Shown here in pieces: positions 1 through 7,270 of a stretch of DNA of 64,000 nt. Location: assembly GCA_021811735.1 (NCBI GenBank), contig JAJZNK010000052.1, positions 5,803 to 69,802 of the forward strand, read 5' to 3'. The first letter of the stretch is position 1, and the number at the start of each line of letters is the position of its first letter. Source of the stretch: Nanobdellota archaeon. GTDB lineage: Archaea; Nanobdellota; Nanobdellia; Parvarchaeales; Parvarchaeaceae. The position numbers were made by a program, and so were the translations under genes. The notes beneath the pieces are model-generated. The model ran no database searches, was not told where the DNA came from, and worked only from the letters and a program-made list of their open reading frames with translations.

Positions 1-181
1 GTCTTTTGGAAAAAAACCCGTACGCTTGGAGTCTGAAATCTTGCATCCATTTTGGTTCATTTTTTAGGTTTGATATATCTTTTACAACCTCTTCGGATAG
101 ACCTTCATTGAAGATTATTTTATATTTTGCAGTTGGATTTTTAAAGTTATACTTATTATAATCAAATTCAATTTTTTCCAT
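1..181 (-). CDS. sufB: Fe-S cluster assembly protein SufB, N-terminal fragment (gene runs off the window start)
   Basis: Hand translation of the minus strand from the ATG at 181-179 gives MEKIEFDYNKYNFKNPTAKYKIIFNEGLSEEVVKDISNLKNEPKWMQDFRLQAYGFFSKR. This matches the conserved SufB N-terminus (GLSEE.V..IS..K.EP.WM..FRL.A). It starts directly after the sufC stop codon. Confidence 0.8.
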   Translation of the reverse strand, partial: MEKIEFDYNKYNFKNPTAKYKIIFNEGLSEEVVKDISNLKNEPKWMQDFRLQAYGFFSKR

Positions 182-919
182 CTATAGTATCTCATTGTAT
201 CCTTTTTCTCTGATCTCTTTTATCAGGCTATGATCTCCTGTTTTCACTATTTTTCCATGTTTCATCACACTCACCAAACCTGGTTTAACATAATCAAGTA
301 CGTGGTCATTATGTGTTATCATTAAAAAGCTAGTCGTGTTCAATAAGTGTTTCGTCGTCTCCCCTAAGAATTTCACACTGTCTATATCCATACCCGAGTC
401 TATTTCATCTAGTATTGCAACTTTGGGTTTTAATAGCATTACCTGTAATAATTCGAATCGTTTCTTTTCTCCACCGGAAAATCCTTCATTTAGTGATCTT
501 TTCAAGAAATTTTCAGGCAAATTGAGCTCTTTCATGTCTCTTTCAATTTCTTTTCTCAGTTCTGCATTTCTGCCGTTGAGATTTGTGTAGACTGTAGTAA
601 GAAAATTCATTACATTAACTCCAGGGATCTCTACAGGTTCCTGGAACGCTAGAAATATGCCTTTTTTTGCTCGTTCATTTACCTTTAATTTTAATATGTC
701 TTCTCCATTAAGAATGGCAGATCCAGCCGTTACATTGTATTTTGGATTTCCCATTAACACATTTGCAAGTGAACTTTTTCCACTTCCATTTGGGCCCATA
801 AGGATGTGAATGTCCTTTTCACGTATGGATAGGTTAATTCCATTCAATACTTTTTTCCCTTTTACATCCGCTTCAAGTCCGTTAATATTCAATATTTCCA
901 TATTAATTTTTTCTTGCAA
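182..919 (-). CDS. sufC: Fe-S cluster assembly ATPase SufC
   Basis: Walker A GPNGSGKSS, ABC signature FSGGEKKR and Walker B AILDEIDSGMDID. The overall sequence is SufC-like and sufB lies immediately downstream. Confidence 0.93.
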   Translation of the reverse strand: MQEKINMEILNINGLEADVKGKKVLNGINLSIREKDIHILMGPNGSGKSSLANVLMGNPKYNVTAGSAILNGEDILKLKVNERAKKGIFLAFQEPVEIPGVNVMNFLTTVYTNLNGRNAELRKEIERDMKELNLPENFLKRSLNEGFSGGEKKRFELLQVMLLKPKVAILDEIDSGMDIDSVKFLGETTKHLLNTTSFLMITHNDHVLDYVKPGLVSVMKHGKIVKTGDHSLIKEIREKGYNEIL

Positions 920-1265
920 TCTCTAAAAGACATAAAAATTCTTTTATCTCATTTTCTCCTATTACGTTCATTTTTCTAGCATTTTTGCAAATCTCACAGG
1001 TTTTCATATTTATGTCTAAGTTATTTTTGTAGACAAGCTCAGTTAGTTTGTCAAGATAATCTACAAATGGCCTGTTTTTTTGCATTTTTTCGGTTATTAG
1101 CCCTCTCATGCCACTTTTATACTGTGAGATTGCTGGCTGTGTTATCTTAAGTATCTCTGAAACATTTTTCTGAGTCATGCCTTTCTTTAGCAGATTAACG
1201 GCTATTACCGATCTGGCCGAAGGGGTTATCTCAGATATCACCTTTGAACAAAAAAGTTCTGACAT
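903..1265 (-). CDS. Small HTH transcriptional regulator with four cysteines, linked to suf
   Basis: HTH-like segment GMTQKNVSEILKITQPAISQYKSG. Cysteines at positions 6, 90, 93 and 112 (CEIC pair). Its 3' end overlaps the sufC start by 17 nt. Confidence 0.65.
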   Translation of the reverse strand: MSELFCSKVISEITPSARSVIAVNLLKKGMTQKNVSEILKITQPAISQYKSGMRGLITEKMQKNRPFVDYLDKLTELVYKNNLDINMKTCEICKNARKMNVIGENEIKEFLCLLEIARKN

Positions 1266-1394
1266 ATTCTCAGTAGAATGTTATTGTTTATAAATATAAC
1301 GGCGTTATACTTTATACTCAGAATGAATAATTTCGACAAAATTTTTTATCCATTTGATTATCTGTATACTTTCAATTCACGTAATTCTATCAGA

Positions 1395-2069
1395 CTACCA
1401 CAGTTTCAACAAATATGTTACAATTATAAAAATCACAAATGTAATGAAAAGTAAAAATGCTATAGAATAGTTTATGATGCTTAGTATCCCTATAACAAGC
1501 AAAAAAAGGAGGGTAATCGAATATAGTATAACATTATGATAAATGAGATTCGTACCATTAAATTGTTTTTCCGGTAGAAAATCAACTAATACAAATATGG
1601 CCAGCGCTATGCCAGAGATAAGAAACGCGTTTTCGTTGAAACGTGTCCATAGGCTTATGAATATAAATGACACAAAAAGCAACATCAAAGATGAAATAAA
1701 AGTTATCTCCCATTTTTCATGTAGTTTTACTTCTCCTTTTTTAATTCCTTTTATTGTATTTACTCTTTCGTAATTGTTGTAGCTTATTACAGGGATTGGT
1801 ATCGGAATTCCAAAGCTTGATGCAACAAGCGTCGATATCGCTGAGAATATCCAACCAGATAGCCAGAATTTACCACTTACTTTTATGTGGAAAAGGCTGG
1901 CAACCCAATTTTTTGTAAGAAATATTAGAAGCGAAGATAGCAGTATAAGCACCGCATATAAAAAAATCTGGTTTACATGCAAGTAATAGAAATTCAATGC
2001 GAAGACAATTATAATGTCTATAACTACATATAAAAAAAATCTAAAGTTTCTTTTATTTATGAATTCCAT
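1395..2069 (-). CDS. Polytopic membrane protein, unknown function
   Basis: 224-aa ORF made almost entirely of hydrophobic helices. It overlaps the upstream gene's 3' end by 17 nt. Confidence 0.6.
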   Translation of the reverse strand: MEFINKRNFRFFLYVVIDIIIVFALNFYYLHVNQIFLYAVLILLSSLLIFLTKNWVASLFHIKVSGKFWLSGWIFSAISTLVASSFGIPIPIPVISYNNYERVNTIKGIKKGEVKLHEKWEITFISSLMLLFVSFIFISLWTRFNENAFLISGIALAIFVLVDFLPEKQFNGTNLIYHNVILYSITLLFLLVIGILSIINYSIAFLLFITFVIFIIVTYLLKLW

Positions 2070-3141
2070 TTTTTTTGTTACCTTTTTTTCTTCCCAGTTT
2101 CATGTGGATTAGAACTAATAAAAATACAGCGGCAAGTGTAAATATTGCGTAACCGAGATTATTCACGATGTAAGGTAAAGATAGCTTAAATGGCTGCGTA
2201 GGTGCGGTAAAAACAGATTCGGTTATCGTAGATGAGTTGCTTCCACTATAAGACACCTGCACATTTTCAACCGTGCTTTTAGGCAGAAAAACTTGTATCT
2301 CCGTTGCATTTACTGGGAGAACATAGTTCTTCGTGTAGTACAATGTGCTGCCATTTACATTCAGGGTGAACTTTAAAAACAAAGTCACGGGAACATTGTT
2401 GTAGTTTCTTATATACGAAGTCCAAAGTTGTACGGTTGTGTTCACTTTACTTATATTTATGTTGTAGAAAGACATGTTTACGTTCGGTTTTATAAAATCT
2501 GTGTAATAATATTTCGTTGCAAAGTAGTTCTCGTAAGTTCCTGTAAAAGCAAATGACACGTTATTCTGATATCCTTTGCCAAGAGTAAGGTTAATTGGTA
2601 TTGTTTTATTCTCTCCTGGAGAGATAGCGAAGTTTTGCTGATAGTTGACCGATATAGAGATATTTCTTAGTATCGGCAGCGTCCAGTTCATATAAAGCGG
2701 CGTGTTGCCTACATTTTTTATCTTTATATCAAGATAAGAGTAGTTCTTAGTTATTTCTGTTATGTTAGTGTCTCCTATAAAAATGAAATTGGAAAGTTGG
2801 TTTACATAGAGCTTATTTGATGAACTTAGCCTTAAGTTGAACGCGGAAAAATACACGTCTGAGTTATATCTTCCATATGGTATATCGCTCACATTATAAC
2901 CTATAATATTGTATTTGCTGTCATTAGCAGAGATGTTTCCAGACATAATTGCAGTGTTGTTCAGGAAGATAGTATAGTTTGTCTGGGTAGGGAAATCAGC
3001 GGAGATATTGAAATAAATTAACTGATTTATGGAAACAGTGCCGTTTACAATATTAAACGATGCGGATACTGACGAGGCGTGCGCGGTTCCCAGCATCGTT
3101 AAAAGTGCTAAAACGATTAATATAACGGTTTTTGGCTGCAT
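2053..3141 (-). CDS. Secreted, C-terminally membrane-anchored protein, likely heavily N-glycosylated
   Basis: N-terminal signal peptide (LALLTMLGTAHASS), about 20 N-X-S/T sequons counted by eye, and a C-terminal TM helix followed by a basic tail (KLGRKKGNKKNGIHK). Confidence 0.7.
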   Translation of the reverse strand: MQPKTVILIVLALLTMLGTAHASSVSASFNIVNGTVSINQLIYFNISADFPTQTNYTIFLNNTAIMSGNISANDSKYNIIGYNVSDIPYGRYNSDVYFSAFNLRLSSSNKLYVNQLSNFIFIGDTNITEITKNYSYLDIKIKNVGNTPLYMNWTLPILRNISISVNYQQNFAISPGENKTIPINLTLGKGYQNNVSFAFTGTYENYFATKYYYTDFIKPNVNMSFYNINISKVNTTVQLWTSYIRNYNNVPVTLFLKFTLNVNGSTLYYTKNYVLPVNATEIQVFLPKSTVENVQVSYSGSNSSTITESVFTAPTQPFKLSLPYIVNNLGYAIFTLAAVFLLVLIHMKLGRKKGNKKNGIHK

Positions 3142-3240
3142 TAAAATTTAAATCAACTTTTAAATATAAGCTTAATAATATCTGCTTTAAGCAATAATCT
3201 GCCGTGAAAATCTTTTTAATGATGAGCTTTTTAACTTAGT

Positions 3241-3603
3241 ATGGGCGTAGATTTTGCACTCTTCGGATTGTTGATTTTAGTATCGATCGCCGTATGGGTT
3301 TTTCTTATAAAATTATCCGATTTTCTAAGCCCAAGGACAGTAGCGGTCGGTAGAGGAAGTGCACCAATAGAAAGCGGCGAAAGAACAATACTAGGAATGA
3401 GAACAGTAGGTTTTCAATATTTTTTTTATGCACTTATATTTGTCATCCTCGAAGCTATTTTTTTGTTGGTTTTTCTCTGGGCCGAGACCGCCAGGTTTTT
3501 GGACGCATTCATATCCCTGTCTGTCATAATATCCCTTCTATATATAGTGATAATTGTCAGGTACCTCCTTAAGATAGGGGATAAAATATCAGAGGGGGAG
3601 TGA
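3241..3603 (+). CDS. nuoA: NADH-quinone oxidoreductase (complex I-like) subunit A
   Basis: 120 aa with three TM helices, first gene of a nuoABCDHI string. A TATA-like box is centred about 25 nt upstream of the ATG. Confidence 0.85.
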   Translation: MGVDFALFGLLILVSIAVWVFLIKLSDFLSPRTVAVGRGSAPIESGERTILGMRTVGFQYFFYALIFVILEAIFLLVFLWAETARFLDAFISLSVIISLLYIVIIVRYLLKIGDKISEGE

Positions 3604-4124
3604 TGGAAGATTCAAATGATTTTTCTTATCCAGGGATGTATGAGATAATCTTCATGAAATCCCAGAAATTCATAAATGCCGTTCTAAACTGGGGAAGGAG
3701 CAATTCTCTCTGGCCGCTTACCTTCGGAACTTCTTGCTGCGCAATAGAAATGATGACTGTTGGGGCCACAAAAGTGGATTCTGACCGGTTGGGAGTCCTT
3801 TTTGTGGGAGATTCGCCAAGACAGTCAGATCTGATAATGGTTAGCGGAACTATAACTAAAAAAATGGCAAGGAGGCTTTTAACTGTTTATGAGCAGATGC
3901 CAGACCCGAAATATGTCATAGCTGTCGGAGCCTGTAACGTTAGCGGTGGTCTTTATCATGACAGTTATAACACTATAGAAGGGATAGACCGAATAATGCC
4001 AGTCGATGTTTTTATCCCAGGATGTCCTCCACGTCCGGAGCAGTTCTTAGATGCAGTAAAGGTTCTACAGAAACTTATAAGAGAGAATAAATCAAAGGCG
4101 CAAACACATGGAAAATCTATCTGA
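3603..4124 (+). CDS. nuoB: NADH-quinone oxidoreductase subunit B (20 kDa, N2 cluster)
   Basis: Conserved motifs [18 protein letters not shown] and [12 protein letters not shown] 3603 overlaps the nuoA TGA (TGATG). The track's 3600 start is a GTG one codon upstream. Confidence 0.93.
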   Translation: MEDSNDFSYPGMYEIIFMKSQKFINAVLNWGRSNSLWPLTFGTSCCAIEMMTVGATKVDSDRLGVLFVGDSPRQSDLIMVSGTITKKMARRLLTVYEQMPDPKYVIAVGACNVSGGLYHDSYNTIEGIDRIMPVDVFIPGCPPRPEQFLDAVKVLQKLIRENKSKAQTHGKSI

Positions 4125-4575
4125 AAAGCTCAAGAACGAATTTAAAAAAGATATAGAGCCGATAGCCGGCCAAGATAATCTCATGATTATAAAATTGAAT
4201 AAAAAAAGCCTTATTAAGAAGTTAAGCTGGGAAATAAAGCGCTATTTTGATTTACTCTACTGCTTGACGGTTGTGGATTACGCTCCTGTATTTGAATTGA
4301 ACTATGTATTTTCAAACTATAGGAACAATGATGTACTTGTAATAAAGGTTAACATAGACCAGAAGGATTTTAACATAGACTCCATAAGCGACATATTTGA
4401 TTCAGCAAACTGGGAAGAAAGGGAGGCTTACGATCTCTTTGGGATAAAATTCGATGGCCACCCAGATCTAAGAAGGATACTCTTACCGGAAGACTGGCCA
4501 GGACACCCTATGAAAAAAAGTTTCAAAGTAGACGACGAAATAAGGAACTGGACCGGTTTGGACATGAAATTCTAA
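4108..4575 (+). CDS. nuoC: NADH-quinone oxidoreductase subunit C (30 kDa)
   Basis: Motif [33 protein letters not shown]. Overlaps the nuoB 3' end by 17 nt. Confidence 0.9.
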   Translation: MENLSEKLKNEFKKDIEPIAGQDNLMIIKLNKKSLIKKLSWEIKRYFDLLYCLTVVDYAPVFELNYVFSNYRNNDVLVIKVNIDQKDFNIDSISDIFDSANWEEREAYDLFGIKFDGHPDLRRILLPEDWPGHPMKKSFKVDDEIRNWTGLDMKF

Positions 4576-4576
4576 A

Positions 4577-5677
4577 ATGGAACACAAAGAAAGAATACGA
4601 TTAAACATAGGGCCAGTGCATCCTGCAATGCACGGGGTCTTGAAGCTTATACTAGATGTGGAAGAGGATACAATAGTCAAGGCACAGACTGAGCTTGGAT
4701 TCCTACACAGATCCAGTGAAAAGATTGCAGAGAGCAGGTTTTTTTCTAATTACTATCCAATTATGGATAAGTTGGATTATGTATCGGCGCTGAATATGGA
4801 AATATTGTATGCTTCGACTGTAGAAAAAGCCGCCAACATCGAGATACCTGCAAGAGCCATTTACATGCGCACTATTATGGCAGAGATTCAGAGAATAATG
4901 AGTCACCTCATTTTTATCGGCAGCTTCGGTGAGGATATAGGAAATATCACTGGATTTATCTGGGCACTTAGAGAAAGAGAGCTTCTAATGAACGTGGTCG
5001 AGAAAATAAGCGGAGGCAGACTGGCGCCCATGTATATGTGCAATGGTGGAATGTTCTATGATTTCCCAGAGGGCATAGACAACGAAATTCTTAACGTATT
5101 ATCAACAATAGAGAACAAGGTTAGCCATGAGTACTCTGCGATGTTTACAAAAAACCAGATTTTTATCTCGAGAACTAAAGGTATTGGCGTACTGACTAAA
5201 GACATGATTAAAAAATATGGCATAACCGGCCCCATAGCCAGGGCATCTGGGATACAGAGAGACTTAAGGAAAGTTTCTCCTTATCTTGCGTATGATAAAG
5301 TAGAGTTTGACGTGCCAGTTGCTGATGCAGGGGATACTTATTCTAGGTTTATTGTAAGAACGAAAGAAATATTAGAATCTATAAAAATAATCCGGCAGTG
5401 TTTAAAGGATATTCCCCCTGGCCCGTATAAAACGGTAGTACCATGGGTTATGAGAATCCCTAAAAAAGATACTTTTGTAAAGCAGGAGAGTCCAAGGGGA
5501 GAGATGGGGATATTTCTTGTAACAGACGGTAGTGACAAACCATATAGACTAAAATTGAGAAGCCCAACGTTCTTTGCGTTGCGTGCTCTAGAAGAGCTAC
5601 TTGTCAATATAAGAGTAGCCGATGCATTTGCCATTGTCGCAAGTATGGACCCTGTTATGGGCGAGGTGGATAGATGA
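4577..5677 (+). CDS. nuoD: NADH-quinone oxidoreductase subunit D (49 kDa)
   Basis: N-terminal NIGPVHPAMHGVL and C-terminal SMDPVMGEVDR signatures of NuoD / NiFe-hydrogenase large-subunit-like proteins. Confidence 0.93.
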   Translation: MEHKERIRLNIGPVHPAMHGVLKLILDVEEDTIVKAQTELGFLHRSSEKIAESRFFSNYYPIMDKLDYVSALNMEILYASTVEKAANIEIPARAIYMRTIMAEIQRIMSHLIFIGSFGEDIGNITGFIWALRERELLMNVVEKISGGRLAPMYMCNGGMFYDFPEGIDNEILNVLSTIENKVSHEYSAMFTKNQIFISRTKGIGVLTKDMIKKYGITGPIARASGIQRDLRKVSPYLAYDKVEFDVPVADAGDTYSRFIVRTKEILESIKIIRQCLKDIPPGPYKTVVPWVMRIPKKDTFVKQESPRGEMGIFLVTDGSDKPYRLKLRSPTFFALRALEELLVNIRVADAFAIVASMDPVMGEVDR

Positions 5678-6672
5678 TATTCGATTATATATATAATACC
5701 GTTTCGGCTTTTGTTTTTTCCCCATTGTCATATATAATAAGTTTCGTAATAACTGCAATTTTGGCTGTCACGCTCACAGGAATAATTCCTGTATTCATAG
5801 GCTGGGTCGACCGGAAATATTCAGCAAGGATACAGTCGAGATATGGACCGGTCTATGTCGGGCCTTTTGGGCTACTTCAGAATTTTGCTGATATAACAAA
5901 GCTTCTTGGAAAAAGATTCATTTCTACAAACGTCGATAAGCTTTCGTTTAACTTTACTCCAGTGGCAGTTGCTGCGGCTTCCTTTGCCATGCTGCTTATA
6001 GTTCCTCTCGGAGGGCCAGGGCTGGAATTTATATCAATTCCATACTCATTGCTTTTTATTTACACTCTATTGGCGATATCTCCCCTCTTTCTTCTGGTTG
6101 CAGGATGGGGTGAAAACAACAAATATGCACTTATAGGGGGGTTTAGGGGAGCGGCACAGATAATCAGTTATGAGCTTGCTCTAGTAGTCGTATTGTCCAG
6201 CGTAGCTCTGCTTTCCGGCAGCTATTCGATAATATCGATTGTAAACGGGCAGTCATCAATCTGGTACGCCGCGTATCTTCCAATTACACTAATAGTTTTT
6301 GTGATAGCTGGCTTGGCCATAATAGAAAGAGAACCTTTTGATGTCCCCGAAGCTTCGCAAGAACTACAAGCAGGCTGGAAAGTAGAATACAGCGGAATAA
6401 GATATGGGTTCTTTTTAATAGGCGACTACGTACGTGTCACAGTAATAGCTATGCTGGTTACATACCTCTTCTTAGGAGGATGGTTAGGGCCGTTTCTCCC
6501 AGGCATAATATGGTTTATAATAAAAACCGCAGTGGTCCTGATGATAATACTTACACCAAGATGGATATTTGGGAGGCCGCGGATAGACCAGCTTATAAAG
6601 TTCGGATGGAACTGGCTTCTTCCTCTTTCGATACTCAACTTAATATTGGTGGAGTTGTTTGTGATACTATGA
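5674..6672 (+). CDS. nuoH: NADH-quinone oxidoreductase subunit H (membrane, quinone site)
   Basis: Polytopic protein with NuoH/ND1-like motifs (DRKYSARIQSRYGP, EREPFDVPEASQELQAGW). ATGA overlap with the nuoD stop. Confidence 0.92.
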   Translation: MIFDYIYNTVSAFVFSPLSYIISFVITAILAVTLTGIIPVFIGWVDRKYSARIQSRYGPVYVGPFGLLQNFADITKLLGKRFISTNVDKLSFNFTPVAVAAASFAMLLIVPLGGPGLEFISIPYSLLFIYTLLAISPLFLLVAGWGENNKYALIGGFRGAAQIISYELALVVVLSSVALLSGSYSIISIVNGQSSIWYAAYLPITLIVFVIAGLAIIEREPFDVPEASQELQAGWKVEYSGIRYGFFLIGDYVRVTVIAMLVTYLFLGGWLGPFLPGIIWFIIKTAVVLMIILTPRWIFGRPRIDQLIKFGWNWLLPLSILNLILVELFVIL

Positions 6673-7205
6673 GCATAAAGGAAACTGTAAAAATATTCGG
6701 ATACGGTATAAAGGAAGCGGCAAGCAAAAGGTCGACATATCCTTATCCAGATAAGCCGCTACCGATACAAAAAAGGAGCAGAGGGATGTTAAGTCTAGAT
6801 TTGGAAAATTGTATAGGCTGCGAGCTGTGTTTTAAGATATGCCCATCTGATGCTATAAGAATGCAAAAGCTAGATTCTAAAGAAGCAGGCTTCCATACAA
6901 ACGCCAGAAGCGAGGCTCCGTCAATAGATTTTAACAAGTGCATATTCTGTGGGCTGTGCAGTGAGATATGCCCTCCAAAGGTTCTGCATCACACGCACAA
7001 GTATGATATATCTACAGACAATAGGGTGGAGCTGATCTACACTCCTTTCCAGCTAAAGGATGCCTACGAAAAACTCGTAAAACCTTTTGAAAGCGAGTAT
7101 GATATTATAAAATTTCAGAAGGCTGGAACTCCGCCAGCTTCTACAAGTAAACCACTGGAAACAGACAATACCGACGGAAAAAAAGAAAAAGGCCCAGGTG
7201 TCTGA
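6669..7205 (+). CDS. nuoI: NADH-quinone oxidoreductase subunit I (2x[4Fe-4S] ferredoxin) with a C-terminal tail
   Basis: Two ferredoxin motifs, CIGCELCFKICP and CIFCGLCSEICP. ATG 6669 forms an ATGA overlap with the nuoH stop. The track ORF start at 6480 is an out-of-frame read-through of nuoH. A low-complexity tail of about 50 aa (TPPASTSKPLETDNTDGKKEKGPGV) follows. Confidence 0.88.
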   Translation: MSIKETVKIFGYGIKEAASKRSTYPYPDKPLPIQKRSRGMLSLDLENCIGCELCFKICPSDAIRMQKLDSKEAGFHTNARSEAPSIDFNKCIFCGLCSEICPPKVLHHTHKYDISTDNRVELIYTPFQLKDAYEKLVKPFESEYDIIKFQKAGTPPASTSKPLETDNTDGKKEKGPGV

Positions 7206-7270
7206 CGTCGTCCAACCAATCCGGCATTTAAAGTGCAATATTTAAATTCAGGAAATTCTTTGTATCTTAT

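Noticed and set aside
6480-6668. N-terminal 63 codons of the track ORF 6480-7205, giving an apparent 241-aa NuoI.
   Set aside because: This part is an alternative frame of the nuoH 3' region. NuoI homology begins at the ATG at 6669, which forms an ATGA overlap with the nuoH stop.
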